Shown in pieces: positions 1 through 8,644 of a stretch of DNA of 16,233 nt. The stretch spans positions 2,835 to 19,067 of the forward strand of contig JBGAOA010000029.1 of NCBI GenBank assembly GCA_044222065.1, written 5' to 3'. The DNA comes from Candidatus Eiseniibacteriota bacterium. GTDB lineage: Bacteria; Eisenbacteria; RBG-16-71-46. Position 1 is the first letter of the stretch. Each line of letters starts with the position of its first letter. Below the pieces are notes generated by a model that saw only the letters and a list, made by a program, of their open reading frames with translations, was not told the origin of the DNA and ran no database searches. The translations under genes and the position numbers were made by a program.

Positions 1-2823
1 CGCGACGCCCGCGAGCGGCGCGAGACGGCGTTCGGCGCCGATGCGCGCACGCTGGCGTCGCGCATCGCCGCGTTCCGGCTCGAATACGAGCGGTCCGCGG
101 ACCTCGCGATCGAAGTGTCGCGCTGGGCCGAGCGGCAGGTCCCGCCCGATTCGGGCCGACTCGCCGAAGCGGAGCACCTCGCCGCCGTCGCGCGGCAGTC
201 CCAGGGGCGGACGATGGAGGCGCGCGCCCACTTCGATCGCGCGGAATCGTGGATCCCGCTGCCGGCACCCCGCGCGCCTTCGACTGTCCCCCTGTTGTCG
301 GACCACGCGTTGTTCCTCTCCGAACTCGGCGAGCTCGACGAGGCCGAGCGCCTGATCCATCGCGCGCTCGTGCAGGCCGAGGGCACGAGTTCGAAGTCGG
401 CGATGCTCGAGAACGTGCTGTCCCGCCTCTCGACGATCCAGCTGCGCGGGGGAGACCTCGCGGAATCGGTCGAGACGGCGTGGCGCTCGTACGACGCCGC
501 GCTCCGGCGCACGGGGCCCGAAGGGGTCGCGACGCTGCTCGCGCGCGTGCGGCTCCACAACCGCCTGCTCGAATTCGAGGACTATCGCGGCGCGCTCGCG
601 GAGCAGCGCGACCTGCTGCCGCGCCTGACCCGCACGTTCGGCGACGCGCACCCGACCACGATCGGCGTACGGCTCTCGTACGCCGAGGTCCTCCTGCTGC
701 TCGGGGCGACGGACTCGGCGCGCGTCCACGTCTCGCTCGCTCGCGAGGCGATGCGCCGCCAGCCGCCCGCCGCTTCGAGCAATACGCTGTACGCCCCGAT
801 GCTCGAATCCCGTCTCGCGCGCGAGGCGAACGACTTCGCGAGCGCGCGCGCCCGTCTCCTCGACCCGCTCGCGATCGCGCGCGCGTTCGATCCGACGGGC
901 GATCGCGACGCCACGCTGCTGGTCGAGTACCTGAACGCGATCCGCACGCCCGCCGATTCCCTCGCCCTGCGCTTCGCGCTCGCCCACTCGGACACGCTCG
1001 CCGACTCGACCGCGATCGCGCGGAAGCCCGCGTGGGCGTTCGTGCTCGCGGCCCGCGCGCGCGCCGAACGCCGCGCCGGCTGGCACGAACGAGCGTGGCG
1101 CGATGCGCTCGAAGCCGACGAGCGTGCGTTCGCGGGCTTCCTGCAGCAAGTGCGCGCGCTGCCGGACGCCCGCGCGCTGCAGCTCGTCGGACGCCACGCC
1201 GAAGCCGTGGACGGCGTCGTCGCAACGGCGCCCGACGAAGGCCCCTCGAGCGCACTGCGGACGTGGGAACGCGTCGCGCGCTGGCGGACGCTCGTGCGCG
1301 ACGAGATCGCGCGGCGTCGCCCCGTCGCGGGCGCCGCGGACACGGCGATCACGGGCTCGCACGCACGCTGGGTCGCCGCGCGCCGCCGGCTCGCGCGCCT
1401 CGCCGTGAGCGGCGCCGCTCATCCCGACGATCCGGAGACTCGCGCGCGCTGGATGGCCGCGAGCGCCGACGCCGAGAACGCCGAACGCGCGTTCGCGCGT
1501 CTCGCCCGCGGCGCCGTGCTCCGCGCCCGGGACGACGCCAAGGCCGAGAGGCGCTCCGGGCCCCCGCGCCGCGAGGCGCTCGTCGGCTTCGCGATCGCGA
1601 CGACGACTTGGACCCTCGTCGCGTTCGTGTACCGGGCAGCCGACCCCGTCGTGCGCCGCATCGAGCTGGGCCCGGCGGAGCGCATCCGCGCCGCGCTCGC
1701 GGACTGGACCGAGCGACTCGGCGTCGTGCCCGGCCCCAGGGCAAGGCGCGATGAGGCGCTCGCGCGCGAACTCGGAGCGCGCGTTCGCGACCTCGTGTGG
1801 ACGCCGGTCGCGCGTGCGCTCGGGGCGGAGCGCGCCGTGTTCCTCGTTCCGGCCTCGCCGATCGAGGAACTGCCGTGGCTCGCGCTCCCCGCTCCGAACG
1901 ATCGCTACCTCGCCGACGACCCTCGCACGCTGCACGTGCTCGCGAGCGAGGCCGATGTGGCGCGTTCGCGCGCGGCGCCGCCCACTTCCGGCCTGCTCGC
2001 GATCGGCGATCCCGAATTCGCCACGGTTCGCCCCGGGGCGAAGTCCGACTCGCTTCGTGGCGGCCGCCTCGGGGAGCCTTGCCTGCGCGCCGTGCCGCCG
2101 CTCGGTTCGTTGCCCGGCACGCGCGAGGAAGCGCGCGCCATCGCCGCGCGCTGGTCCGAAGGCGGAGACGTGCGCGTGCTGATCGGCGCCGAGGCGCGCG
2201 AGGCCGACGTGAAACGGTTCGCGCCCGGCCGCCGCGTCCTGCACCTCGCGACCCACGGCATCGTGATCGGCGACGACTGCGATGCGGCGCTCGCGACGTC
2301 GCCCGGCGTTCGGGGCGTCGGCGGAGTGAGCCCCGTGGTCGCGAAGCCGAAGCGCGCCGCGGAGCGCCCGCGGCCCGAACCCGCCGCCGCATCGCCCTGG
2401 CTCGGCCGCCGCGTGTGGCTCGCGCTCGCCGGAGCGAACGCGAAAGCCGACTCTTCGGAAGACGAGAACGACGGACTGCTCACGGCCGAGGAAGTCTCGA
2501 CGCTCGACCTGCGCGACACCGACTGGGTCGTGCTCTCGGCGTGCCAGTCGGGCGCGCCGGAGGGCTGGTCGCGCGAAGGCGTGCTCGGCGTGCGGCGCGC
2601 GTTCCATCTCGCCGGGGCGAATGCCGTGATCGCGAGCCGCTGGCCGGTCTCGGACGACGCGACGCGCGCGTGGATGCTCGCGCTCTACGCCGCGCGCGCG
2701 CACACGCACTCGGCGAGCGAAGCGGTGCGCGAAGCGTCACGCGCCGTTCTCGCCGACCGCCGCGCGCGCCGCGCGAGCACGCATCCCTTCTGGTGGGCGG
2801 CGTTCGCGGCGAGCGGGGACTGA
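1..2823 (+). CDS. TPR-like repeat + C-terminal CHAT (caspase-like, clan CD) protease; 5'-truncated by the window edge
   Basis: Frame 1 is open from base 1 to TGA 2821-2823, so the GTG at 115 is probably not the true start. CHAT hallmarks: LVWTPV, LPWLALP, LPGTREEA, HLATHG (catalytic His, codon 2254), DGLLTAEEV, VVLSACQSG (catalytic Cys, codon 2542), AGANAVIASRWPVSD, HPFWWAAF. The N-terminal part is helical and TPR-like (FGDAHPTT). Confidence 0.92.
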   Translation, partial: RDARERRETAFGADARTLASRIAAFRLEYERSADLAIEVSRWAERQVPPDSGRLAEAEHLAAVARQSQGRTMEARAHFDRAESWIPLPAPRAPSTVPLLSDHALFLSELGELDEAERLIHRALVQAEGTSSKSAMLENVLSRLSTIQLRGGDLAESVETAWRSYDAALRRTGPEGVATLLARVRLHNRLLEFEDYRGALAEQRDLLPRLTRTFGDAHPTTIGVRLSYAEVLLLLGATDSARVHVSLAREAMRRQPPAASSNTLYAPMLESRLAREANDFASARARLLDPLAIARAFDPTGDRDATLLVEYLNAIRTPADSLALRFALAHSDTLADSTAIARKPAWAFVLAARARAERRAGWHERAWRDALEADERAFAGFLQQVRALPDARALQLVGRHAEAVDGVVATAPDEGPSSALRTWERVARWRTLVRDEIARRRPVAGAADTAITGSHARWVAARRRLARLAVSGAAHPDDPETRARWMAASADAENAERAFARLARGAVLRARDDAKAERRSGPPRREALVGFAIATTTWTLVAFVYRAADPVVRRIELGPAERIRAALADWTERLGVVPGPRARRDEALARELGARVRDLVWTPVARALGAERAVFLVPASPIEELPWLALPAPNDRYLADDPRTLHVLASEADVARSRAAPPTSGLLAIGDPEFATVRPGAKSDSLRGGRLGEPCLRAVPPLGSLPGTREEARAIAARWSEGGDVRVLIGAEAREADVKRFAPGRRVLHLATHGIVIGDDCDAALATSPGVRGVGGVSPVVAKPKRAAERPRPEPAAASPWLGRRVWLALAGANAKADSSEDENDGLLTAEEVSTLDLRDTDWVVLSACQSGAPEGWSREGVLGVRRAFHLAGANAVIASRWPVSDDATRAWMLALYAARAHTHSASEAVREASRAVLADRRARRASTHPFWWAAFAASGD

Positions 2824-3212
2824 TCGGGAACGGTACGAACCGAGCGCCTCGCGAGGGACACGGGGCGGCGGAGTGCATCCCCGGAAACGGCCGCCCTCGT
2901 TCGCTCGAACGCGGCACGCGAGCAGGAACGCGCCGGAAGGGCGTTGCACTGCTTCCGCAGGGCCGCACGAAGCGGATGCCCCGCAGAGGCCCGGCGTGTG
3001 TCCGGCGAGCGCGACGAGGCGAATCGGGGAGTGGGATCGGTACGCGTGGCGCATGGAGAGTCTCCGCTCGTTCGCTGGCCGGGACGGCGCTCCGCTCGGG
3101 CGCGACCGGGGAAGCGTCTCGACGGGGAACACCGCCGCATCGGACTCGTCACGAGGAGAGTCGGCCCCGGAGGAAAGGGCGCGTCGGGAGATGGCAATGC
3201 GCAGCGCTGCCG

Positions 3213-4361
3213 CTACTCGACGTTCGTGTGCGTCTCGAGGCGGTGCCGGATCGTGCCGAACGCGAAGCTCGCCGACAGCCCGCCGCCGAAGCCGATCAGG
3301 CCGAAGCGGGTGCCGGGTGACAGCTCGCCCGGATTGAGCGCGAGCGCGAGCGGGATCGAAGCGCTCGTCGTGTTCCCGAAGCGGCCCGAGGCGTTGATCA
3401 CGCGACCCTTGAAGCCGCGTTCCCGCCACAGCCGGACGATCGAGTCGTTCAGCGTCAGGTTCGCTTCGTGCAGTGCGACGAGGTCCACCGAATCGAACGG
3501 CCAGTTCGCCTTCGCGAGCGCGGCTTCGATCGCGGGCCCGCCGACGAACGGCACGAGCGTTTCGCGCACGGCCGCGCCGTCCATCTTGAGCCGGTGCTCC
3601 CCGGCGGCGCGCTCCCAGATGGAGGGCGAAGGATGTCGCGAGCCGCCCGCGGGCGTGAGAATCGTCGCCGCGCGGCTGCCGTCCATCCAGCCCCAGAACT
3701 GGGAGGGCGCGAACCAGTCCTCTTCGGCGGGCACGGCGGCGCAGATCGTGGCCGTGCCGGCGTCGCCGAGCACCGTCGCGAAGCTGCGATCGCGCCAGTT
3801 GATCGCGGAGCTCATCCGGTCCGCGCCGACGAGGAGGATCCGCCTCGCGAGCCCGCCGCGGATGAGGCCGTAGCAGAGCCGCAGCGCGGACACCCAGCTC
3901 GAGCACGCGAGCGAGACGTCCGCGCCGTGGAGTTCACGCGGCGCGGCGGCCTGCCAGGCGGGAATGCCGAGCTCGTGCTGGAGCAGCGCCGCGTCCGGAG
4001 GGCTGTAGAGATAGGTGGGCGTCACGCTCGCGACGATCACCGAATCGACGTCGGCGGCACGCGTCCCCGAGTGATCGAGCAGCAGGCGCGCCGCGCGGGC
4101 GGCGAGGTCGGCCGTGCCTTCCCCCTCGCGGCAGAAGCGCCGCTCGCCGAAGCCGATGAAGCGGCGCACCCAGCGGTCGCTCGTCTCGAACAGCTTCGCT
4201 TCGGCTTCGGCGAGCCCGCCCGCGCCGCTGTCCGTGCGCTGAGCGCGCAGGCGCATGCGCTCGAGCCGCAGCCGCGCGGCGACTCGCGCGTTGCTCCAGG
4301 CATCCTCGGGAACGTAGGCGGCAAGTCCCTCGAGGCGCATGCCGGCGACGTCGGCGTTCAC
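3213..4361 (-). CDS. 3-oxoacyl-ACP synthase III (FabH/KAS III) family condensing enzyme, probably a non-housekeeping paralog
   Basis: Cys-His-Asn triad contexts DVSLACSSW, LHEAN and FGNTTSASIPLAL, plus GFGGG, ETSDRWV and LGDAG. GGAGGT Shine-Dalgarno lies just upstream of GTG 4361. Confidence 0.9.
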   Translation of the reverse strand: MNADVAGMRLEGLAAYVPEDAWSNARVAARLRLERMRLRAQRTDSGAGGLAEAEAKLFETSDRWVRRFIGFGERRFCREGEGTADLAARAARLLLDHSGTRAADVDSVIVASVTPTYLYSPPDAALLQHELGIPAWQAAAPRELHGADVSLACSSWVSALRLCYGLIRGGLARRILLVGADRMSSAINWRDRSFATVLGDAGTATICAAVPAEEDWFAPSQFWGWMDGSRAATILTPAGGSRHPSPSIWERAAGEHRLKMDGAAVRETLVPFVGGPAIEAALAKANWPFDSVDLVALHEANLTLNDSIVRLWRERGFKGRVINASGRFGNTTSASIPLALALNPGELSPGTRFGLIGFGGGLSASFAFGTIRHRLETHTNVE

Positions 4362-4535
4362 TCTGGACCTCCATCCACCCGGGTACGCTCCGATGGGCGG
4401 CCCGGCAGATTACTCGATGCCGGACGCGACAGCGAGGCGAACTCGGGAGGTCGGGCGGGCGTTCCGGCGCCGCGCGCGTTCGCTCCGGGCCGGGGCGGCG
4501 CACGGCAGGCGGCCCGACGCACGACGCCGGGACGA

Positions 4536-4769
4536 CTATCCGAGGAGCGGCTTCAATTGCTCCGCCGAGGGCACGCGCCCCGCCAATCGGAGCACGCCAT
4601 TGACGACGAGCGCCGGCGTCGAGAGCACGCCGTATCCGGCGATCGCCGCCACGTCCGTCACCTTCCGCAGTTCGTACTCGATGCCGAGTTCGCGGACGGC
4701 CCGTTCGGCGTGCGCGTAGAGCGCGTCGCACCGGGCGCAGCCGGGGCCGAGCACTTCGATCCGAATCAC
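4536..4769 (-). CDS. Small redox-active disulfide protein (thioredoxin-like, MTH895 type)
   Basis: 77 aa with IEVLGPGCARC (CxxC), YGVLSTPALVVNG and GRVPS. AAGGAG RBS precedes the GTG. Last gene of the ars operon, a usual context for this family. Confidence 0.92.
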   Translation of the reverse strand: MIRIEVLGPGCARCDALYAHAERAVRELGIEYELRKVTDVAAIAGYGVLSTPALVVNGVLRLAGRVPSAEQLKPLLG

Positions 4770-4806
4770 TTTTCGATCTCCTTCGCGAGCGCGGGCGGCC
4801 GCGCGC

Positions 4807-5904
4807 TCAGAGGATCCAGTTGAAGAGGTAGCCGACGAGCACGATGCCCGCGGCGACGATGGCGATGAAGGTTCCGATGAGCCGGGGGCGAAGCACCTTG
4901 CGCAGGATGATCATCTCGGGCAGCGAGAGCGCGATCACCGACATCATGAACGCGAGCACCGTGCCGAGCGCGGCGCCCTTCTCGATCAGCGCGTGCACGA
5001 CGGGCAGGATGCCGGCCGCGTTCGAGTACATGGGAACGCCGACGAGCACGGCGAGCGGCACCGACCACCACGCGCCTTCGCCCATGAGCGCGGCGAGGAA
5101 GTTCTCGGGCACCCAGCCGTGGATGCCGGCGCCGACCGCGATCCCGGCGAGCAGGAACGGCCACACCTTGCCGACGACGTCGCGCACCGCGTCGAGTCCC
5201 GCGAGCAGGCGCTCGTGAAAGCCCGGCGGACCCGCGTCCCCGGCGCCCGCGACGGCGCGCACGTCGTACACCCACGGCTCGACGTGACGTTCGAGCCCGA
5301 GCCGGCCGAGGACCCAGCCCGCGACGATCGCGACGATCAGGCCGGTGACGAGGTAGAGCCCGGCCACCTTCCAGCCGAAGAGGCCGAAGAGCAGTGCGAG
5401 CGCGACTTCGTTGACCATCGGCGCCGCGATCAGGAACGAGAACGTGACGCCGAGCGGGATCCCGGCCGTGAGGAAGCCGATGAACAGCGACACCGCCGAA
5501 CAGGAACAGAACGGCGTCACGGTTCCGAGCGCGGCGGCGAGCACGTTGCCTGCGGCCTCGGACTTGCCCGCGAGCACGGCGCGCGTGCGTTCGGGCGTGA
5601 AGAACGTGCGCACGACGCCGACGCAGAACACGACGAGCGTGAGCAGCATCGTGACCTTCGGAGCGTCGTAGGCGAAGAACTCGACCGCCGCACCGAGGTG
5701 CGAGCCGCGCGCGAGCCCGAGCGCGCCGTAGGCGATCCAGCGCTAGAACGCGGGCAGCGTGGCGTAGAGCGCGACCCACAGCGCGAGCGCGGCCGCGAGG
5801 CCCGCACGCAGCCGCGCCGGGGCGACACCCGCGAACGGGCCCGCGGGCAGGACGGTGAGCCCGATTGGGGCGGCCGCGGCGGGCTTACCGGCGCTCGCGC
5901 TCAC
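4807..5904 (-). pseudogene. ArsP/DUF318-family permease interrupted by one in-frame TAG at 5743-5745 (nonsense mutation or sequence error)
   Basis: Family motifs TPFCSCS, PMVNE, GVPMYSNAAG and ALSLPE. One frame runs from GTG 5904 (GTGA overlap with the acr3 stop) through ...LYATLPAF*RWIAYGALGLARGSHLGAAVEFFAYDAPKVTMLLTLVVF... to TGA 4807-4809, giving 365 codons. The track ORF 4807..5649 is only the part after the stop. Confidence 0.8.
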
Positions 5905-6995
5905 GGCGCCGCCGCCGGCCCGGCCGCCTCGCCGGGCGCGGCGCCGAAGAACCGGCGCCGGAACCACAGCGCGACGTGCACGAGCCCGATGAGCGCCGGC
6001 ACTTCGACGAGCGGACCGATGACGGCCGCGAACGCGGCGCCGTGCGCGAGGCCGAAAGTCGCGACCGCGACCGCGATCGCGAGTTCGAAGTTGTTCGACG
6101 CGGCGGTGAACGACAGCGTCGCGGACTGCGGGTAGTCGGCCCCGACCGCGCGGCTCAGGAAGAAGGACACGCCGAACATCACGGCGAAGTAGACGAGCAA
6201 CGGGACCGCGATGCGCACGACGTCGAACGGGAGCTGCACGATGCTCCCGCCCTTGAGCGAGAACATGACGACGATCGTGAAGAGCAGCGCGACGAGCGTG
6301 ATCGGGCTCACGGCGGGGACGAAGCGGCGCTCGTACCACTCGCGGCCCCGGAGCGCGATCAGCGAGAAGCGCGACACGACGCCCGCGAGGAACGGAACGC
6401 CGAGGTAGATGAACACGCTGCGCGCGATCTCGCCCATCGTGATGCGGACCACGACGCCCTCGAGTCCGAACCACGCCGGAGCCACGGTGAGGAACAGGTA
6501 GGCGTAGACGGGGAAGAACAGCACCTGGAAGACGGAGTTGAACGCGACGAGCCCGGCGCAGTACTCGGGATCGCCGCTCGCGAGGTCGTTCCACACGATC
6601 ACCATCGCGATGCAGCGGGCGAGCCCGATGAGGATCAGGCCGGTCATGTACTCGGGCCGGTCGCGCAGGAACGCGACCGCGAGCGCGAACATCAGCGCCG
6701 GGCCGATGACCCAGTTCTGGAGCAGCGAGAGCAGCAGCACGCGTGCGTTACGGAACACGCGGCCCATCGATTCATAGCGGACCTTCGCGAGCGGCGGATA
6801 CATCATGAGGACGAGTCCGACCGCGATCGGCACCGACGTCGTGCCGGCATTGAACCGGTTGAGGAACGTCACGAAGCCCGGAAAGTTCGCTCCAACGCCG
6901 ACGCCGACCGCCATGGCGAGGAAGATCCACAGCGTGAGGTAGCGGTCGAGGAACGAGAGCCGGCCTCCCACGCCGGACGCGGCGTACCGGCTCAC
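5901..6995 (-). CDS. acr3: Acr3-family arsenite efflux transporter
   Basis: [60 protein letters not shown] and GPLVEVP. The start is placed at GTG 6995 (GTGA overlap with the arsC stop) rather than the track's 7193. Confidence 0.96.
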   Translation of the reverse strand: MSRYAASGVGGRLSFLDRYLTLWIFLAMAVGVGVGANFPGFVTFLNRFNAGTTSVPIAVGLVLMMYPPLAKVRYESMGRVFRNARVLLLSLLQNWVIGPALMFALAVAFLRDRPEYMTGLILIGLARCIAMVIVWNDLASGDPEYCAGLVAFNSVFQVLFFPVYAYLFLTVAPAWFGLEGVVVRITMGEIARSVFIYLGVPFLAGVVSRFSLIALRGREWYERRFVPAVSPITLVALLFTIVVMFSLKGGSIVQLPFDVVRIAVPLLVYFAVMFGVSFFLSRAVGADYPQSATLSFTAASNNFELAIAVAVATFGLAHGAAFAAVIGPLVEVPALIGLVHVALWFRRRFFGAAPGEAAGPAAAP

Positions 6996-7423
6996 GGCCA
7001 GGCCTCGTCGGCTGGAGATCCCGCGAGCGCGGTCGCCACGAGCGCGCCGACGAGCGTCTCGATGCGGTCGCGCACGGCGCGAAAGCCCCCGTCGTCGAGG
7101 TGCTTCGGGTCGGACAGTTCCCAGTCGAGCCGGTGCCGGGCCGGAAGCGAGGGGCAGGCGTCGCCGCAGCCCATCGTGACGATCCAGTCCCACTCGACGC
7201 GCGGCAGGTCGCCGAGCCCCTTGGAATGCTGGCTCGCGAGGTCGACGCCCTTCTCGCGCATGAACTGGATCGCGCGCGGGTTGATCCGTCCGGACGGACG
7301 CGAGCCCGCGCTGAACGCGGCAATGCGCCCGCGCCCGTGCGCGCGCGCGAAGCCCTCCGCCATCTGGGAGCGGTTCGAGTTCTCGATGCAGACGAACAGG
7401 AGATGGGGGAGCGCGTCAGCCAC
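6992..7423 (-). CDS. arsC: Arsenate reductase, LMW-PTPase fold
   Basis: CX5R P-loop [21 protein letters not shown], distal cysteines in TMGCGDACP, and DW..DP. Lies between arsR and acr3 with overlapping ends. Confidence 0.9.
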   Translation of the reverse strand: MADALPHLLFVCIENSNRSQMAEGFARAHGRGRIAAFSAGSRPSGRINPRAIQFMREKGVDLASQHSKGLGDLPRVEWDWIVTMGCGDACPSLPARHRLDWELSDPKHLDDGGFRAVRDRIETLVGALVATALAGSPADEAWP

Positions 7424-7838
7424 GGGCGCGCGCCCTTCGCGCGGGCCGCCGGCCGGCCGGGCGTGCCGGCATCGGGCGCTTCGCTGCCGGGAGCGCGCAC
7501 AGTTCGACGAGGGGAATCGCCGCGATCTCGCGCAGGCGCCTGCGGTCCGCGAGCACGGCCGTGTCGCGATCGAGACCCGTGAGCAGCGCGAGGATCCGGC
7601 TCGCGTGCGGATTGTGTGACTCGGGCGCGAGCGCGTATTCGATCCACTTGCCGCTGCGGCGGTCCTCGACGAGCCCCGCGTGCTTCAGGATCGTGAGGTG
7701 CTTCGAGATCGTCGAGGGCGCGAGGCCGAGCACCGACTGCACCTGGCACACGCACAGACCGCCGCGCTCGAGCAGCTTGAGGATGCGGGTCCGCGTCGGA
7801 TCGCTCACGGCCTTCATCGCCAGTTCGAAGTCACGCAC
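7416..7838 (-). CDS. arsR: ArsR/SmtB-family metalloregulatory repressor
   Basis: KAVSDPTRTRIL, LCVC metalloid-binding box, HTH STISKHLTILKHAGLV, and GKWIEY wing. GGAGG RBS precedes GTG 7838. First gene of the operon. Confidence 0.93.
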   Translation of the reverse strand: MRDFELAMKAVSDPTRTRILKLLERGGLCVCQVQSVLGLAPSTISKHLTILKHAGLVEDRRSGKWIEYALAPESHNPHASRILALLTGLDRDTAVLADRRRLREIAAIPLVELCALPAAKRPMPARPAGRRPARRARARG

Positions 7839-7854
7839 GGCGTCCTCCGTTCGT

Positions 7855-7876
7855 CATTTCGTCACGTGGCGAAATG
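7855..7876. promoter_or_regulatory. Palindromic operator, probable ArsR binding site
   Basis: CATTTCGTCAC|GTGGCGAAATG is an 11+11 bp inverted repeat with 1 mismatch. It overlaps the -10 box and likely transcription start, 16 bp upstream of the arsR start. Confidence 0.8.
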
Positions 7877-7901
7877 TACGGATGACGCCGGGACGTGTCA
7901 A
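7873..7901 (-). promoter_or_regulatory. sigma70-type promoter of the ars operon
   Basis: Minus strand reads TTGACA (7901-7896), a 17-bp spacer, then TACATT (7878-7873). A perfect -35 with optimal spacing stands out in this very GC-rich background. Confidence 0.82.
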
Positions 7902-8014
7902 CGGCGCGCGTCCCGCGGACCGTCGGCCCCGCCGGACGACGCGCTCGCGACGTCCGGCGTGCGCGCCCGGCGGCGTGCGAGTGCGCCGGACGCGAGTCCG
8001 AGCGGGAGGGCGGA

Positions 8015-8476
8015 CTACTTCACGGGCCGCGACTGCAGCTCGAGCACGTTGCCCTCGGGATCGGTCACGTAGACCCAGGTCAGGCGGTAGCCCGCGGCGT
8101 TCGTCAGCGTGACGACCTCGCCGACCGGACGCCCGCCGGCGGCGAGCACCGCTTCGCGCGCCGCGACCACGTCGTCCACGACGAAGGCGATGTGGCCGAA
8201 GCCCGGACGGTTGACTGCCGTCTCGGGTCGCGATTCGAGCGTGCTGTAGTGGAAGACCTCGAGTGTGGGCCCTTCGGGACCGTGACCGGGCAGGCGGAGG
8301 TGCGCGCCGCGCAGCTGCGCGCCCGCGAGTCCGGTTCCGCGATCGAGGTCCGGTCCCTGGAAGTCGCGTTCGGGGGGAACGACGGTGCAGCCGAAGAGGT
8401 CTTCGTAGAACTTCGCGAGCGAGCGCCAGTCCTCGGCGATCAGGTTCGTGTGGCCGTACTTGACGCCTGCGATCAT
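8015..8476 (-). CDS. VOC (glyoxalase/bleomycin-resistance/dioxygenase) family protein
   Basis: HTNL..FYEDLFG, LEVFHY, GFGHIAFVVDDV and YVTDPEGNVLELQ, with H/E/H/E metal-ligand pattern. AAAGGA RBS precedes ATG 8476 (153 aa). Confidence 0.9.
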   Translation of the reverse strand: MIAGVKYGHTNLIAEDWRSLAKFYEDLFGCTVVPPERDFQGPDLDRGTGLAGAQLRGAHLRLPGHGPEGPTLEVFHYSTLESRPETAVNRPGFGHIAFVVDDVVAAREAVLAAGGRPVGEVVTLTNAAGYRLTWVYVTDPEGNVLELQSRPVK

Positions 8477-8644
8477 GCGAGGTCCTTTCGACGGGGAAGG
8501 AGTGGACGAGCGCCGACCCGCACGGACCGGCATCACACACCCTGCCTACGCTCGAGCACGCGGAAGCGAACTTCGCGACGCACGAACGCCTCGCGCGATT
8601 CCGCGACGGCACGCCCCCGCGGACTCGCGGGACGAGGCGGCGAA

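Noticed and set aside
5743..5745. Pyrrolysine insertion or genetic-code reassignment of TAG
   Set aside because: TAG terminates other genes here at their expected ends, no pyl genes are in the window, and the position is in a non-catalytic N-terminal region.
3213..7838. fabH-like gene plus ars operon as an arsenolipid or organoarsenical biosynthetic cluster
   Set aside because: There is no arsM or radical-SAM arsL-type gene, a 174-bp gap separates them, and adjacency is the only evidence.
4361..7838. Six consecutive minus-strand genes apparently starting with GTG
   Set aside because: GTG starts and GTGA coupling are common in high-GC genomes, and the starts are my inferences.
8015..8476. 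VOC gene beside the ars operon as the C-As lyase ArsI
   Set aside because: It lacks the vicinal Cys-Cys pair characteristic of ArsI (only one Cys), and it lies upstream of the ArsR-controlled promoter.
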